From the NCBI GenBank assembly GCA_964507125.1, contig CAZDOT010000002.1, positions 14,863-78,862 on the forward strand: a DNA stretch of 64,000 nucleotides. Direction: 5' to 3'. The stretch's first letter is position 1. Every line of letters starts with the position of its first letter. The notes under the pieces are model-generated. The model ran no database searches. It was given only the letters and a program-made list of their open reading frames with translations, and was not told where the DNA came from. Shown one piece after another: positions 9,945 through 23,141 of this stretch. The DNA comes from an uncultured Chitinophagales bacterium (GTDB lineage Bacteria; Bacteroidota; Bacteroidia; Chitinophagales; JADIYW01). Made by a program: the position numbers and the translations under genes.

Positions 9945-10919
9945 TTGAGTGAACTTACAATAAAATTAGAAACTGTTGATCCAGTAGAATTTTTCGGGTT
10001 CAACAACAACAAACTAAAAATTCTAAAAAAAGAATTTAGTCGTTTGAACATCAGTGCCAGAGGCAATAAAATTATCGTTGCCGGCGCACAAGAAGATTTA
10101 GAAATCTTTAGTGATAAAGTACATCAATTGGTAGAATACCTGGAGCGATACGGAAAAATATCGGACCAACATTTAGAAGAAATTTTACATGGTCGCAATC
10201 CGTACGAAACCAATTTCCCACAATTCCAAGATAACGTTTTGGTATATGGAAACAATGGCACATTGGTACGAGCACGCACAGAAAACCAACAAAAAATGGT
10301 GGAATTATCCGAAGAGAATGATATTCTTTTTGCGATGGGACCAGCCGGAACAGGTAAAACTTATACTGCTGTTGCTTTAGCAGTTCGTGCTTTGAAAAAT
10401 AAATCGGTGAAGAAAATTATTTTAACTCGACCTGCGGTAGAAGCCGGAGAAAGTTTAGGTTTTTTACCGGGCGATTTAAAAGAAAAAATCGATCCTTATT
10501 TACGACCATTGTACGATGCATTAGATGATATGATTCCGGCGGATAAATTAGCATATTTTATGCAAAATAGAATTATTGAAGTGGCACCTTTAGCGTATAT
10601 GCGTGGACGAACGTTGGATAATGCATTTATGATTTTAGATGAAGCACAAAATGCAACCACCCTCCAATTAAAAATGTTTTTAACACGTATCGGACCTTCT
10701 GCACAATGCATCATTACCGGTGATATAACGCAAATTGATTTACCTAAAAATCAGCAATCCGGACTACGAAAAACCATGCAAATTTTAGAAGGTATTAAAG
10801 GAATTGGCATGATACATCTTTCGGCTGATGATGTGGTACGTCACAGATTAGTGAAAGATATTATCAAAGCATTTGATAAGGACGCAGAACGAGAACAACA
10901 TTTTAAAGATAAAAACTAA
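9945..10919 (+). CDS. phoH: PhoH family ATPase
   Basis: Walker A GPAGTGKT and DEAQN. The TTG start sits immediately after an in-frame TAA, and no upstream ATG is possible. Confidence 0.9.
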   Translation: MSELTIKLETVDPVEFFGFNNNKLKILKKEFSRLNISARGNKIIVAGAQEDLEIFSDKVHQLVEYLERYGKISDQHLEEILHGRNPYETNFPQFQDNVLVYGNNGTLVRARTENQQKMVELSEENDILFAMGPAGTGKTYTAVALAVRALKNKSVKKIILTRPAVEAGESLGFLPGDLKEKIDPYLRPLYDALDDMIPADKLAYFMQNRIIEVAPLAYMRGRTLDNAFMILDEAQNATTLQLKMFLTRIGPSAQCIITGDITQIDLPKNQQSGLRKTMQILEGIKGIGMIHLSADDVVRHRLVKDIIKAFDKDAEREQHFKDKN

Positions 10920-11374
10920 CTTCTAATTTTATCGAGAATAAGGTTGAGTTGTTCCAACTCTTCTACACTTACATTTTTATACTGAATTGGTGGAATAGTT
11001 TTAGCCAGTTCAATATCTATTTCTTTTAATAATTCCAATCCTTTTTCAGTAATACTGATACTCACTTCTCTTTTATTAGTTGGATTTTGAATTTGAGAAA
11101 CCAACTCTTTTTGTTGCAACTTATCTACTAATCGAGACGCATTCGACATTTTGTCTATCATGCGTTGCGTGATTTGAGCCAACTTTATAGACTTCGGATA
11201 TTGACCTCTCAATATACGTAGTACGTTGTATTGTTGTTGCGTTAACCCAAATGGCTTAAAGAAACGCGACTTCACATTTTGCAACCAACCGGACGTGAAA
11301 AGTAAATTGACATCTGTCTTCACAAAAATATCCGGAAATTTCTTTTGTTTAATTTCCTCTTCTATGGTTTTCAT
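10916..11374 (-). CDS. MarR family transcriptional regulator
   Basis: 152-aa winged-HTH pattern (QQYNVLRILRG...ITQRMIDKMSNASRLVDKL). Confidence 0.8.
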   Translation of the reverse strand: MKTIEEEIKQKKFPDIFVKTDVNLLFTSGWLQNVKSRFFKPFGLTQQQYNVLRILRGQYPKSIKLAQITQRMIDKMSNASRLVDKLQQKELVSQIQNPTNKREVSISITEKGLELLKEIDIELAKTIPPIQYKNVSVEELEQLNLILDKIRS

Positions 11375-11388
11375 AAAATGGAGTATTA

Positions 11389-11697
11389 CTATGCTTGTGT
11401 CGTTGGATTACCGAAATTAAGCGGTATAGCAACTTGCTCTGTATCTTTTATTTCACCATGCATTTGCTCAAATTTTCGGATATTTTCCGTTAATGCGAAC
11501 ATGATACGTTTTGCATGTTGTGGTGTTAATATAACACGTGATTTTACTTTTGCTTTCGGAACACCGGGTGCCATTCGTACAAAGTCAATTACAAACTCTT
11601 GGTTAGAATGCGTAATGATCGCTAAATTGGAATATTCACCTTCTGCAATATCTTCCGGAAGTTCTATATTGATTTGATTTTGATTATTATTTTCCAT
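11389..11697 (-). CDS. DUF3467 domain protein
   Basis: IELPEDIAEGEYSNLAIITHSNQEFVIDF...ILTPQHAKR pattern; 102 aa. Confidence 0.7.
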   Translation of the reverse strand: MENNNQNQINIELPEDIAEGEYSNLAIITHSNQEFVIDFVRMAPGVPKAKVKSRVILTPQHAKRIMFALTENIRKFEQMHGEIKDTEQVAIPLNFGNPTTQA

Positions 11698-11798
11698 CTT
11701 TAATAAATTAAAATGAAGTGTAAATATACAAAAATTAGTTCCATAATTAAGAGAGATAGTACAATGAAAGACATAACAAATCTATCCATTTAATAAAA

Positions 11799-11824
11799 AA
11801 AGCTGTCAAAAAATTGACAGCTTT
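11799..11824 (-). terminator. rho-independent terminator after rpoC
   Basis: aaagctgtcaa-aaaa-ttgacagcttt; the flanking A-run gives a U-tract on the minus strand. Confidence 0.7.
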
Positions 11825-11846
11825 TATCTATTTACAAACAAAAAAA

Positions 11847-14800
11847 TTATTCTTCGTCGGCTTCAATCATGGATTTTTTAGCCATTGCACGTTCGTGATC
11901 TTTTTTAGAACTCACTAAAATATTTTCGAATGAACGCACACCTGTTCCTGCAGGAATTCTATGACCCACAATTACATTTTCTTTTAAACCTCTCATTGGG
12001 TCAATTGATCCATTGATAGCGGCTTGATTCAATACTTTTGTTGTCTCTTGGAATGATGCAGCAGAAATCCAGCTGTGTGTACCTAATGATGCTCTTGTGA
12101 TACCTTGTAACATCGGTGATGAAGTTGCAGGAATCGCATCGCGGTATTCTACAATTTTTCTGTCATTGCGTTTCAAGAAAGAATTCTCTTCGCGAATCTG
12201 ACGCATCGTAACGATTTGTCCTACTACTAATTGCTCAGAATCTCCGGCTTCTATGATTACTTTTTTATCAAAAACAGCATCATTTTGTTCGATGAAGTCG
12301 AATTTATTTACGGTTTCACCTTCTAAGAATTTCGTATCACCTGCATCATTTATTAATACATTACTCATCATTTGTTTTACGATTACTTCGATGTGTTTGT
12401 CGTTGATACGTACACCTTGCAAACGGTAAACCTCTTGAATTTCATTTACTAAATATGCTTGTAATGCAGATGGCCCTTTAATTTTTAAGATATCGCCCGG
12501 AGCAATAGCACCATCAGAAAGTGGCATACCTGCTTTCACGAAGTCGCCTTCTTGTACTAAAATATGTTTTGTTAATGGAACTAAATATTTACGTTGTGTA
12601 CCATCTTTAGATGTAATTGTAACTTCTCTGTTTCCACGTTTTACTTTACCGAATGCTGCTTGTCCATCAATCTCAGAAACTTTAGCCGGATTTGATGGAT
12701 TACGTGCTTCAAATAATTCTTGTACACGTGGTAAACCACCCGTGATATCTCGTACTTTACTTAAAACACGTGGAATTTTCACGATGATAGTTCCCGGAAT
12801 TACTGCTTTATTATCATCGATAGAGATGTGTGCACCTACCGGAATAGAATAAGAATATAATTCTTTTCCTTTCTCATCTACAATTAAAATTGCCGGTACT
12901 TTTTTCTTATCTCTTGATTCGATGATTACTTTCTCACGGTGGCCTGTTTGCTCTTCCACCTCTTCACGACAAGTAATACCTTCAATGATGTTGTCATATT
13001 TAATAACACCTTTGTATTCTGAGATAATTACGTTATTAAATGGATCCCAAGAGCAAATCAAATCATCTTTTTTCACTTTTTGTCCATTCTTCACATTCAA
13101 GATTGCACCGTATGGAATATTGTTTGTCATCAATACACGTTCTGTACCTTCTTCAATGATATTTATCTCACCGGTTCTACCAATCACCACTGTTTTCATT
13201 TCACCATCTTCTGTGTCTTGCTTAACCGATTTGATAGAATCGAATTCTAATTTACCATCGAACTTCGCTAACATTTGAGATTCAGAAACTACAGATGCCG
13301 CTGTACCACCCGTGTGGAATGTACGTAAGGTTAACTGTGTACCCGGTTCACCAATTGATTGTGCCGCAACTATACCTACAGCATCACCATATTGAGCCGG
13401 GCGGTTATTAGTTAAGTTTCTACCATAACATTTTGCACAAACACCACGTGGCATTTCGCAAGTTAATACAGAACGAATTTGTACACTTTCCAAAGGTGAT
13501 GCATCTATAATATTAGCTTGTGCTTCAAAAATAAGTTCCCCTTCTTTTACGATAACTTCGCCTGTTAATGGATGAACGATGTCTAATAATGCAGTACGTC
13601 CAACAATTCTATCCGATAAAGATTCGATTACTTCTTCGTTTTGTTTTAATGCAGCAACTTCTAAACCTCTTAATGTACCACAATCAACACCATTAATTAC
13701 TACATCTTGAGCTACGTCTACTAAACGACGTGTTAAGTAACCGGCATCTGCCGTTTTTAACGCGGTATCTGCCAAACCTTTACGTGCACCGTGTGTAGAG
13801 ATAAAGTACTCTAATACGTTCAAACCATCTTTAAAGTTAGATAAGATTGGGTTTTCAATAATCTCGCCACCGGTAGAACCTGATTTACGAGGTTTTGCCA
13901 TCAAACCACGAATACCACCTAACTGTTTAATTTGTTGTTTTGAACCACGTGCTCCGGAATCCAACATCATATACACAGAGTTGAAACCTTGTTTGTGGGT
14001 AGAAATTTCTTTCATCAATGTTTCTGTGATACGTGTATCCACGTTTGTCCAGATATCGATGATGTGGTTATAACGTTCGTTGTTCGTAATTAAACCCATG
14101 TTGAAGTTTTGCCATACTTCTTCTACTTCTTCCGCAGCAGAAGTCAACAATTTTTGTTTTACTTCAGGGATAATTAAATCATCAATATTGAACGACAAAC
14201 CACCTTTAAATGCTTGACGATAACCAATTTCTTTAATATCATCCAAGAATTTTACAGTAGTTGGAATATTGGTACGTACTAAAACATCTCCAATTACGTT
14301 TTTTAAATTTTTCTTAGTCAATAATTCATTTACATAACCACACTCAGCCGGAACAACTTCATTGAAGATAAGACGACCTACTGTTGTGTCAATTACTTTG
14401 TATTTGAATTCGTTTCCTTCTCTTACACGAACACGACATTTTACATTAGCATGTAAATCGGCCTGACCTTCGTTTAAAGCAATGATAGCTTCTTCCGCAG
14501 AATAGAATACTTTTCCTTCACCTTTTACTTTATCATCACCAATTGATCTTTTTCCTTTAGATAAATAGTACAAACCTAATACCATGTCTTGTGATGGAAT
14601 AGTGATTGGTGTACCATTTTGTGGATTCAAAATATTATGCGAAGAAAGCATTAATACTTGTGCTTCTATGATAGCTGCGTTACTTAATGGAACATGTACA
14701 GCCATTTGGTCACCGTCAAAGTCGGCGTTGAAAGAAGTACACACCAATGGATGTAATTGAATGGCTTTTCCTTCTATTAATTTAGGTTGGAAAGCTTGGA

Positions 14801-16166
14801 TTGACAAGCGGTGTAATGTTGGGGCACGGTTTAACAATACCGGATGGCCTTTCATTACATTTTCCAAAATATCCCAAATTACGGCTTCTTTTTTGTCTAC
14901 TAATTTCTTCGCAGATTTTACCGTTTTAACAATACCACGCTCTAATAATTTACGAATAATAAACGGTTTGAACAACTCCGCTGCCATATCTTTTGGCAAA
15001 CCACATTCGTGCAATTTTAATTCTGGACCTACCACAATTACGGAACGACCGGAATAATCCACACGCTTACCTAATAAGTTTTGACGGAAACGACCTTGTT
15101 TACCTTTTAAAGCATCGGATAATGATTTCAGTGCTCGACCACCTTCTGCTTTTACAGCATTCGATTTACGAGAGTTATCAAATAAGGAATCAACGGCTTC
15201 TTGTAACATACGTTTTTCATTACGTAAGATTACTTCCGGTGCTTTGATTTCTATTAATCTTTTTAAACGATTATTTCTGATAATAACACGACGGTATAAG
15301 TCATTCAAATCTGCTGATGCGAAACGACCACCATCTAATGGAACTAACGGACGCAATTCCGGCGGAACTACCGGTAATAATTGAACAACCATCCATTCCG
15401 GTCTGTTTTCTACGTGTTCGTTTGCTTCGCGGAATGCTTCTACAACACTTAAACGTTTTAATGCTTCTGATTTACGTTGTTGTGAAGTTTCGTGTGATGC
15501 TTTATGACGTAATTCGCCGGATAATTTTTTCAAATCAATACGTGCTAATAAATCACGTACTGCTTCACCACCCATTTTGGCGATGAATTTATTTGGATCA
15601 TCATCAGAAAGTAATTGGTTCTCTTTTGGCAAAGCATCTAAGATATCTAAATATTCTTCTTCTGTTAAAAGGTCTAAATATTTAGTAGTTTTACTTTCAC
15701 CATTAATAGAAACACCATCTTCTGTAACACCCGCTTGGATAACAACAAAACGCTCGTAATAAACGATAGATTCTACATTTTTGGAAGACAAACCCAACAT
15801 ATAACCTGTTTTATTAGGCAAGGATTTGAAATACCAAATATGCACTACAGGTACCACCAATTTGATGTGCCCCATGCGTTCACGACGAACTTTCTTCTCT
15901 GTTACTTCTACACCGCAACGATCGCAAGTAATGCCTTTATAACGAATACGCTTATACTTTCCACAAAAACATTCATAATCTTTTGTTGGACCGAAAATAC
16001 GCTCACAGAACAAACCATCCATTTCTGGTTTGTAAGTTCTATAGTTAATCGTTTCCGGCTTTTTTACTTCCCCTTTAGATCTGCTTAAGATTGATTCAGG
16101 TGAAGCGAGTTTCAGCGTTATCGTTTTAAACTCGGTGTTGATTTTGTTCTCCTTCTTTAAAGGCAT
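11847..16166 (-). CDS. rpoC: DNA-directed RNA polymerase subunit beta-prime
   Basis: NADFDGD catalytic motif; 1439 aa; follows rpoB. Confidence 0.98.
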   Translation of the reverse strand: MPLKKENKINTEFKTITLKLASPESILSRSKGEVKKPETINYRTYKPEMDGLFCERIFGPTKDYECFCGKYKRIRYKGITCDRCGVEVTEKKVRRERMGHIKLVVPVVHIWYFKSLPNKTGYMLGLSSKNVESIVYYERFVVIQAGVTEDGVSINGESKTTKYLDLLTEEEYLDILDALPKENQLLSDDDPNKFIAKMGGEAVRDLLARIDLKKLSGELRHKASHETSQQRKSEALKRLSVVEAFREANEHVENRPEWMVVQLLPVVPPELRPLVPLDGGRFASADLNDLYRRVIIRNNRLKRLIEIKAPEVILRNEKRMLQEAVDSLFDNSRKSNAVKAEGGRALKSLSDALKGKQGRFRQNLLGKRVDYSGRSVIVVGPELKLHECGLPKDMAAELFKPFIIRKLLERGIVKTVKSAKKLVDKKEAVIWDILENVMKGHPVLLNRAPTLHRLSIQAFQPKLIEGKAIQLHPLVCTSFNADFDGDQMAVHVPLSNAAIIEAQVLMLSSHNILNPQNGTPITIPSQDMVLGLYYLSKGKRSIGDDKVKGEGKVFYSAEEAIIALNEGQADLHANVKCRVRVREGNEFKYKVIDTTVGRLIFNEVVPAECGYVNELLTKKNLKNVIGDVLVRTNIPTTVKFLDDIKEIGYRQAFKGGLSFNIDDLIIPEVKQKLLTSAAEEVEEVWQNFNMGLITNNERYNHIIDIWTNVDTRITETLMKEISTHKQGFNSVYMMLDSGARGSKQQIKQLGGIRGLMAKPRKSGSTGGEIIENPILSNFKDGLNVLEYFISTHGARKGLADTALKTADAGYLTRRLVDVAQDVVINGVDCGTLRGLEVAALKQNEEVIESLSDRIVGRTALLDIVHPLTGEVIVKEGELIFEAQANIIDASPLESVQIRSVLTCEMPRGVCAKCYGRNLTNNRPAQYGDAVGIVAAQSIGEPGTQLTLRTFHTGGTAASVVSESQMLAKFDGKLEFDSIKSVKQDTEDGEMKTVVIGRTGEINIIEEGTERVLMTNNIPYGAILNVKNGQKVKKDDLICSWDPFNNVIISEYKGVIKYDNIIEGITCREEVEEQTGHREKVIIESRDKKKVPAILIVDEKGKELYSYSIPVGAHISIDDNKAVIPGTIIVKIPRVLSKVRDITGGLPRVQELFEARNPSNPAKVSEIDGQAAFGKVKRGNREVTITSKDGTQRKYLVPLTKHILVQEGDFVKAGMPLSDGAIAPGDILKIKGPSALQAYLVNEIQEVYRLQGVRINDKHIEVIVKQMMSNVLINDAGDTKFLEGETVNKFDFIEQNDAVFDKKVIIEAGDSEQLVVGQIVTMRQIREENSFLKRNDRKIVEYRDAIPATSSPMLQGITRASLGTHSWISAASFQETTKVLNQAAINGSIDPMRGLKENVIVGHRIPAGTGVRSFENILVSSKKDHERAMAKKSMIEADEE

Positions 16167-16211
16167 ATTAATTTATTTTTTAATGCTAAAAAATCTTTTT
16201 ACAAATACTGA

Positions 16212-19200
16212 TTATTCAAAATCTAAATCCAATGCAAGACCTCTCAATTCGTGAACCAATACATTGAACGATTCTGGAATACCCGGCTCCGGTAAGTTAT
16301 CACCTTTTACGATGGCTTCATACGCTTTTGCTCTTCCTTGAATATCATCCGATTTCACGGTTAGCAACTCTTGTAAGATATTCGATGCACCATACGCTTC
16401 TAAAGCCCAAACCTCCATCTCACCTAAACGCTGACCACCAAATTGTGCTTTACCACCTAATGGTTGTTGAGTAATGAGTGAGTACGGTCCGATAGAACGT
16501 GCATGCATTTTATCATCCACCATGTGAGATAACTTAATGATATAGATAACACCAACGGTTGTTTTTTGATCGAATCGTTGACCTGTTTCTCCATCGTATA
16601 AGTAAGTACTTCCTAAGCGTGGTAAGCCAGCTTCTTCAATATAATGTTCAATCTCGTCCACATTTGCACCATCAAAGATTGGTGTTGCGAATTTCAAACC
16701 TAATTCTTTACCAGCCCATCCTAATACAGTTTCGTAAATCTGTCCGATGTTCATACGAGAAGGTACACCTAATGGATTTAATACTACATCCACCGGAGTT
16801 CCATCTTCTAAGAACGGCATATCTTCTTGGCGAACGATTTTAGCCACGATACCTTTGTTACCATGACGACCCGCCATCTTATCACCTACTCTTAACTTAC
16901 GTTTTTGTGCGATGTACACTTTTGCCAATTTCAATACGCCAGATGGTAACTCATCACCTACGGTAATTGCATATTTATCGCGTAAGAAACGACCTTTCTC
17001 TTCGTTGAACTTGATATTGAAGTTGTGAATTAATCGTTTAATTAACTCATTGGTTTCTTCTTCTTTCGTCCAATCAGATGCATCTAAATTTTGGTAATTT
17101 AAGCCACCTAATAATTTCTCAGAGAATTTAGTTCCTTTAGGAACAGCTTCTTCACCGAAAATATTTTTGATTCCGGAAGTGGTTTTGCCACCAACTAACT
17201 GCATCAATTTAGCCACCAACGTTTTCTTGATTTCTTCCAAGTTTTGTAAGTGAACTTTCTCTGCTTTTTCCAATTCAGCTTTCTCTCTAACTTTAGAGTT
17301 TTTATCTTTTTTCGCTTTTTGGAATAATTTAGTTGTTACCACTACACCTTCTGTTGATGGTGGAGCTTTGTACGATGCATCTTTTACATCACCTGCTTTA
17401 TCACCGAAGATGGCACGTAATAATTTTTCTTCCGGCGTTGGATCTGTTTCTCCTTTTGGTGTAATTTTACCAATTAAGATATCACCTTCTTTAATTTTTG
17501 CACCGATACGGATAATACCGTTTTCATCTAAATTACGTGTAGCATCTTCACTTACGTTTGGAATATCGTTCGTTAATTCTTCTTCCCCTAATTTGGTATC
17601 ACGCACATCCATTTCATATTCTTCGATATGGATAGATGTAAAGATATCTTCACGAACTACTTTTTCATTGATTACGATCGCATCCTCGAAGTTGAACCCT
17701 TTCCAAGGCATGAAAGCAACTAATAAGTTTTTACCTAATGCTAATTCGCCGTTTTGTGTTGCGTATCCTTCGCATAAGATTTGACCTTTTACCACTTTCT
17801 CCCCTCTACGTACAATTGGACGTAAGTTGATACAAGTAGCTTGGTTCGTACGAGCGTATTTCGTTAATTTATACACTTTCACATCGTCTTCAAAACTTAC
17901 TAATTTTTCATTTTCAGTTCTATCAAAACGAATACGAATTTCGTTTGCATCTACATATTCAACGACACCGGAGCGTTCTGCGTTGATTAAAACATTAGAA
18001 TCTGATGCTACTCTTGCTTCGATACCTGTTCCTACAATTGGAGATTCACAACGCATTAACGGAACTGCTTGACGTTGCATGTTCGAGCCCATCAATGCAC
18101 GGTTAGCATCATCGTTTTCCAAGAAAGGAATTAATGAAGCAGATACACCTACGATTTGGTTTGGTGCCACGTCCATATTTTGGATGTCAGAGATTTCATC
18201 TTGTTCTGCATCTAAAATTGGGAAATCACCTTGGAAACGGCATTTGATTTTTTTATCGACAAATGCACCTTTATCATCCAATCCAATATTAGATTGTGCA
18301 ATGATTCTTTCATCCTCTTCTTCTGCAGTTAAGAACTCTACTTTATTATCTACTTTACCTTTATTTACTTTTCTGTATGGTGTTTCGATAAAGCCCATTT
18401 CGTTCACTTTAGCATGAACACAAAGGGTAGAAATCAAACCGATATTTGGACCTTCCGGAGTTTCGATTGTACACAAACGACCATAGTGTGAGTAGTGAAC
18501 GTCACGCACCTCGAATCCGGCTCTTTCACGAGAAAGACCACCAGGTCCTAATGCGGAAATACGACGTTTATGTGTAATTTCTGATAAAGGGTTGGTTTGA
18601 TCTAAGAATTGAGATAATTGAGATGTACCGAAGAAAGAATTGATAACAGAAGAAAGTGTTCTTGCATTAATCAAATCGATTGGCGTGAACACCTCGTTAT
18701 CACGTACGTTCATACGCTCACGGATAGTACGTGCCATACGTGCTAAACCTACACCAAACTGCGCAAACAATTGCTCACCTACTGTACGTACACGACGGTT
18801 ACTCAAGTGATCAATATCATCAATTTCTGCTTTTTGGTTTACTAAGCGAATCAAATATTTTACAATAGAAACGATATCTTCTTTCGTTAATACTATATTT
18901 TTTGGATCGATATCTAAACCTAATTTTTTATTGATTTTATATCTACCTACAAAACCTAAATCATAACGTTTATCAGAGAAGAATAATTTCTCGATAATAC
19001 CACGTGCTGTATCATCATCCGGTGGATCTGTACCACGTAATTGACGATAGATATGTTTTAACGCTTCAATTTCTGAGTTAGAAGTATCTTTTTGAAGCGT
19101 ATTAAAGATGATAGAATAATCTTGTTCAGTATCTTCTTTTTGTAAGATGATTGTTTTTAATCCGGTTTCTAAGATTAATTGGATATTATCTTCATCTAAG

Positions 19201-20045
19201 TTTGTATCGCGTTCTAAAATTACTTCGTTACGCTCGATAGAAACAACCTCGCCGGTGTCTTCATCCACGAAATCTTCCATCCATGATTTTAAAACACGTG
19301 CAGCTAAGCGACGACCGATATTTTTCTCTAATGATTTTTTGTTTACTTCTATTTCATCAGATAAACCGAACAATTTTAAGATGTCTTTATCTGAATCAAA
19401 ACCGATAGCACGTAATAACGTTGTTACCGGGAATTTTTTCTTACGATCGATGTATGCATACATCACGTTATTGATGTCCGTAGCGAACTCCATCCAAGCA
19501 CCTTTAAATGGTATTACTCTTGCAGAGAATATTTTAGTTCCATTTGGGTGGTAGCTCATTCCGAAGAATACGCCTGGAGAACGGTGCAATTGTGAAACAA
19601 CTACACGTTCTGCACCATTAATGATAAATGTACCTTTATCCGTCATATACGGAATATTGCCCAAGAATACATCTTGAACAATTGTTTGGAAATCTATATG
19701 TTCTTCGTCATTACATGACAAGCGCAATTTAGCTTTTAAAGGTACACTATATGTTAAACCTCTTTCAATACATTCATCGATATTGTAACGAGGTGGATCA
19801 ACATAGTAATCCAAAAACTCTAACAAGAAGATATTTCTTGCATCGGTAATTGGGAAGTTTTCAGAAAAAACTTTATACAAACCTTCTTTAGAACGTTTGT
19901 CTGGAGTAGTTTCTAATTGGAGGAATTCTTGGAATGATTTTACCTGAATATCCAACAAATTGGGGTAGTCATACGGGTGACTAATTTTACTGAAATTAAT
20001 TCTACCTTCAGTTAATGGAGCAATTTTATCTGTTTTTTTAGACAT
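16212..20045 (-). CDS. rpoB: DNA-directed RNA polymerase subunit beta
   Basis: [12 protein letters not shown] motif; 1277 aa; sits between rplL and rpoC. Confidence 0.98.
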   Translation of the reverse strand: MSKKTDKIAPLTEGRINFSKISHPYDYPNLLDIQVKSFQEFLQLETTPDKRSKEGLYKVFSENFPITDARNIFLLEFLDYYVDPPRYNIDECIERGLTYSVPLKAKLRLSCNDEEHIDFQTIVQDVFLGNIPYMTDKGTFIINGAERVVVSQLHRSPGVFFGMSYHPNGTKIFSARVIPFKGAWMEFATDINNVMYAYIDRKKKFPVTTLLRAIGFDSDKDILKLFGLSDEIEVNKKSLEKNIGRRLAARVLKSWMEDFVDEDTGEVVSIERNEVILERDTNLDEDNIQLILETGLKTIILQKEDTEQDYSIIFNTLQKDTSNSEIEALKHIYRQLRGTDPPDDDTARGIIEKLFFSDKRYDLGFVGRYKINKKLGLDIDPKNIVLTKEDIVSIVKYLIRLVNQKAEIDDIDHLSNRRVRTVGEQLFAQFGVGLARMARTIRERMNVRDNEVFTPIDLINARTLSSVINSFFGTSQLSQFLDQTNPLSEITHKRRISALGPGGLSRERAGFEVRDVHYSHYGRLCTIETPEGPNIGLISTLCVHAKVNEMGFIETPYRKVNKGKVDNKVEFLTAEEEDERIIAQSNIGLDDKGAFVDKKIKCRFQGDFPILDAEQDEISDIQNMDVAPNQIVGVSASLIPFLENDDANRALMGSNMQRQAVPLMRCESPIVGTGIEARVASDSNVLINAERSGVVEYVDANEIRIRFDRTENEKLVSFEDDVKVYKLTKYARTNQATCINLRPIVRRGEKVVKGQILCEGYATQNGELALGKNLLVAFMPWKGFNFEDAIVINEKVVREDIFTSIHIEEYEMDVRDTKLGEEELTNDIPNVSEDATRNLDENGIIRIGAKIKEGDILIGKITPKGETDPTPEEKLLRAIFGDKAGDVKDASYKAPPSTEGVVVTTKLFQKAKKDKNSKVREKAELEKAEKVHLQNLEEIKKTLVAKLMQLVGGKTTSGIKNIFGEEAVPKGTKFSEKLLGGLNYQNLDASDWTKEEETNELIKRLIHNFNIKFNEEKGRFLRDKYAITVGDELPSGVLKLAKVYIAQKRKLRVGDKMAGRHGNKGIVAKIVRQEDMPFLEDGTPVDVVLNPLGVPSRMNIGQIYETVLGWAGKELGLKFATPIFDGANVDEIEHYIEEAGLPRLGSTYLYDGETGQRFDQKTTVGVIYIIKLSHMVDDKMHARSIGPYSLITQQPLGGKAQFGGQRLGEMEVWALEAYGASNILQELLTVKSDDIQGRAKAYEAIVKGDNLPEPGIPESFNVLVHELRGLALDLDFE

Positions 20046-20076
20046 GCAATCTTATTAAAATTTATAAAAACAGTAA

Positions 20077-20115
20077 AAAGTGTCACGGTAATTTTTAAAA
20101 ACCACCGGACACTTT
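20077..20115 (-). terminator. rplL-rpoB intergenic hairpin (candidate attenuator)
   Basis: aaagtgtc(a)cggt ... accggacacttt gives about 12 bp with one bulge. Its position matches the known L7/L12-rpoB attenuator site in other bacteria. Confidence 0.45.
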
Positions 20116-20136
20116 AATGATTTGATTCTGTGTGAA

Positions 20137-20514
20137 TTACTTCAATTCAATAGATGCGCCAGCTTCTTCTAATTTAGCTTTGATTGACTCAGCTTCATCT
20201 TTAGAAACACCTTCTTTGATTGGTTTTGGAGCACCATCTACTAAATCTTTAGCTTCTTTTAAGCCAAGACCTGTAATTTCTTTTACTACTTTAACGACAC
20301 CTAATTTTTGTGCACCACCGTCTTTTAAGATTACATCAAAAGATGTTTTCTCTTCTACAGCAGCACCACCACCAGCGCCTGGAGCAGCAGCAACTGCAAC
20401 AGCAGCAGCAGCCGGTTCGATTCCGTATTCAGATTTTAAGATTTCAGCAAGTTCGTTTACTTCTTTCACTGTTAAGTTTACTAATTGCTCTGCGAATGCT
20501 TTAATATCAGCCAT
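20137..20514 (-). CDS. rplL: 50S ribosomal protein L7/L12
   Basis: Ala/Gly hinge and C-terminal domain [23 protein letters not shown]. Confidence 0.97.
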   Translation of the reverse strand: MADIKAFAEQLVNLTVKEVNELAEILKSEYGIEPAAAAVAVAAAPGAGGGAAVEEKTSFDVILKDGGAQKLGVVKVVKEITGLGLKEAKDLVDGAPKPIKEGVSKDEAESIKAKLEEAGASIELK

Positions 20515-20541
20515 TGTTTAAAAATTTAAAATGTTATTTAA

Positions 20542-21063
20542 TTAATTTTTTTCTTGTAATGTTTTAACGATTCCAGCTAATTTACCGCCACTTGATTTAA
20601 GAGCAGAGATAACATTTTTAGCAGGTGATTGTAATAAACCAACGATATCGCCGATTAATTCTTCTCTAGATTTCACGTTGATTAATGCTTCTAATTGGTT
20701 TTCGCCAACGTAAACAGCTGAGTCGATATAAGCCGCTTTTAAAAGTGGTTTTGTATTACCTTCAGAACGGAATTGTTTAATTACTTTTGCGGGTAAGTTA
20801 CCAGTTTCCGTAAACATGATTGCTGTAGGTCCGTGTAAAACCGGATCTAAGTCATCAGAAAATTTACCGCCAGCAACTAACGCTTTTTTGATCAATGTGT
20901 TTTTTGCAACTTGGAGATTGATACCTTTTTCGAAGCAAGTTCTTCTTAATTTATTAATTTTTTCTACGGTTAAACCAGATGCATCTGTGAAATAGAAAAA
21001 GTTAGAATCAGAGAATTTCTGTGCTAAAGTATCAATGGTTGCTTGTTTTTCAGTCTTAGTCAT
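20542..21063 (-). CDS. rplJ: 50S ribosomal protein L10
   Basis: 173 aa; position between rplA and rplL; L10-like sequence. Confidence 0.95.
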   Translation of the reverse strand: MTKTEKQATIDTLAQKFSDSNFFYFTDASGLTVEKINKLRRTCFEKGINLQVAKNTLIKKALVAGGKFSDDLDPVLHGPTAIMFTETGNLPAKVIKQFRSEGNTKPLLKAAYIDSAVYVGENQLEALINVKSREELIGDIVGLLQSPAKNVISALKSSGGKLAGIVKTLQEKN

Positions 21064-21087
21064 TGTTTTCCTTTTAAAGAATTAAAA

Positions 21088-21783
21088 TTAAATTCCCGGA
21101 ATTGATTTTACATCTACTTCAATAGAAGGACTCATTGTAGAAGCCATGTAAATGCTTTTAAAATAAATTCCTTTTGCAGAAGATGGTTTCATTCTAGCTA
21201 ATGTTGCAATCATTTCTTTCGCATTGTCCTGCAATTGAGCCGGATTAAATGAAACACGACCAACTGAAGTGTGGATGATACCGAATTTGTCAATTTTGAA
21301 AGAAATTTTACCTTTTTTCACTTCGCTTACGGCATCAGCAACATTTTCTGTAACCGTACCTGATTTAGGATTTGGCATTAAGTTACGAGGACCTAATATT
21401 TTACCTAAACGACCTAATTTGGGCATTACACTTGGTGTAGCGATGATTACATCGATATCTGTCCAACCACCAGCGATTTTTTCAAGGTATTCTTCTAAAC
21501 CTACGTAATCAGCACCGGCAGCTTTTGCTGCTGCTTCTTTATCAGAAGGGCAAAGCACTAAAACTGTTTTTGTTTTACCTGTACCGTGTGGTAAGCTAAC
21601 TGTACCTCTAAGAGCTTGGTCTGGTTTTCTAGGATCTACTCCTAAGCGAATGTGTACGTCAACAGAAGCGTCAAATTTAGCTGTGTTCACTTCTTTTACT
21701 AAAGCAGTAGCTTGGTCTAAAGTGTAAAGTTTACCCTTTTCGACTTTGTTGTTAACTGCTTTTCTTTTTTTTACAACTTTCAT
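21088..21783 (-). CDS. rplA: 50S ribosomal protein L1
   Basis: L1-like sequence ([11 protein letters not shown]). Start taken at ATG 21783; the track starts at TTG 21819. Confidence 0.95.
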   Translation of the reverse strand: MKVVKKRKAVNNKVEKGKLYTLDQATALVKEVNTAKFDASVDVHIRLGVDPRKPDQALRGTVSLPHGTGKTKTVLVLCPSDKEAAAKAAGADYVGLEEYLEKIAGGWTDIDVIIATPSVMPKLGRLGKILGPRNLMPNPKSGTVTENVADAVSEVKKGKISFKIDKFGIIHTSVGRVSFNPAQLQDNAKEMIATLARMKPSSAKGIYFKSIYMASTMSPSIEVDVKSIPGI

Positions 21784-21848
21784 TTTGTGTTTAAATTTAG
21801 TGAGATAATAGCGTTCCAATTAGGAGTGGAACTCTCTCGCTTAATTTC

Positions 21849-22292
21849 TTAAGCTTGGAATGGTGCTTCACCCGTAACAGTGATACCCAAACTTCTTGCA
21901 GTTCCAGCTACCATTTTCATTGCTGCAGCTACTGTGAAGCAATTCAAATCCGGCATCTTGATTTCTGCAATTTCTTTCACTTGATCCCAAGTTACAGAGC
22001 CTACTTTATTCCTGTTAGGAATGTTTGAGCCTTTTTTCACTTTAGAATACTCCAATAATAAAGCGGAAGCTGGTGGAGTTTTGATTACAAACGTGAAAGA
22101 TTTATCTTTATAAACCGTGATTACACACGGTAAAATTTTTCCTTGTTTATCTTGAGTTGCAGCGTTAAATTGTTTGCAAAACTCCATGATGTTAACACCT
22201 TTAGAACCTAAAGCAGGTCCGATTGGTGGAGCTGGGTTTGCTTGTCCGCCTTTTACTTGTAACTTAATAAACGTTTCGATTTCCTTTGCCAT
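21849..22292 (-). CDS. rplK: 50S ribosomal protein L11
   Basis: PPIGPALG motif; 147 aa. Confidence 0.97.
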   Translation of the reverse strand: MAKEIETFIKLQVKGGQANPAPPIGPALGSKGVNIMEFCKQFNAATQDKQGKILPCVITVYKDKSFTFVIKTPPASALLLEYSKVKKGSNIPNRNKVGSVTWDQVKEIAEIKMPDLNCFTVAAAMKMVAGTARSLGITVTGEAPFQA

Positions 22293-22294
22293 AT

Positions 22295-22840
22295 CTATTG
22301 TTTTTCAACTTGCATAAAATTTAACTCCACCGGAGTTTTTCTTCCAAAAATTTTCACTACCACACGTAATTTCTTTTTGTCTTCCATTACCTCTTCGATA
22401 GTACCTGTAAAATCATTAAATGGACCATCTGTAATTTTAACATCTTCCCCTACTAAGAATGGTTCGTTGGTAGTACCGCCCACTTCTTCTAATTCATCTA
22501 CTTTTCCTAAAATTCGATTAACCTCTGCTTTTTTCAGTGGAATTGGTTTATTTCTTTCAATAAAACTGATTACGTTTGTCATATTTTGGATATGTAAAAC
22601 GATATCGCCATTGAATTTCTTAGGATCAGCTTCCATCATTAAATAACCGGGAAAAAAGTTTTTCTCATGAATTACTTTTTTTCCGCCTTTTAATTTATAT
22701 ACCTTTTCTGTAGGTACTATTACCTGTGGAATAATATCAGACCAACCGGAAAGTTTAATTTCCTTCTCGATAACTTCGCGAAGTTTTTTTTCTTTCCCGC
22801 TGATTACTCTCAGTACGTACCATTTTTTATCTTCAGACAT
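22295..22840 (-). CDS. nusG: transcription termination/antitermination factor NusG
   Basis: NGN domain ([11 protein letters not shown]) plus KOW ([21 protein letters not shown]). Confidence 0.95.
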   Translation of the reverse strand: MSEDKKWYVLRVISGKEKKLREVIEKEIKLSGWSDIIPQVIVPTEKVYKLKGGKKVIHEKNFFPGYLMMEADPKKFNGDIVLHIQNMTNVISFIERNKPIPLKKAEVNRILGKVDELEEVGGTTNEPFLVGEDVKITDGPFNDFTGTIEEVMEDKKKLRVVVKIFGRKTPVELNFMQVEKQ

Positions 22841-22855
22841 CGGTATATAAGCTTG

Positions 22856-23053
22856 CTATTTTGTCAAATTATATATTATATCGCTAAAAATAAGCTTAGA
22901 GATTACATCCATTACACCTATTAACAATGCAATTACAATAGAAGCAACTGCTACTATTACGGTATTGGATTGTAAATCTTTCCAAGTTGGCCACGTTACT
23001 TTCGTTGTCAACTCTTCGTAGGATGTTAATAGATATGATTTCAAACTATTCAT
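22856..23053 (-). CDS. secE: preprotein translocase subunit SecE
   Basis: 65 aa with a single C-terminal TM. Start taken at ATG 23053 because the tracked start at 23098 would overlap tRNA-Trp. Confidence 0.85.
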   Translation of the reverse strand: MNSLKSYLLTSYEELTTKVTWPTWKDLQSNTVIVAVASIVIALLIGVMDVISKLIFSDIIYNLTK

Positions 23054-23068
23054 CTTATTTTTATTTTG

Positions 23069-23139
23069 CACGGGCGAAGAGATTCGAACTCCTATCAACG
23101 GTTTTGGAGACCGCTATTCTACCCTTGAACTACACCCGT
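23069..23139 (-). tRNA. tRNA-Trp (anticodon CCA)
   Basis: Hand-folded cloverleaf: acceptor ACGGGTG/CGCCCGT, anticodon loop CTCCAAA, T-loop TTCGAAT. No encoded CCA. Confidence 0.9.
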
Positions 23140-23141
23140 AT

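Noticed and set aside
20132-20521. 129-aa plus-strand ORF (and 20310-20504), antisense to rplL.
   Set aside because: It is the mirror of the Ala/Gly/Lys-rich L7/L12 coding sequence, a compositional artefact.
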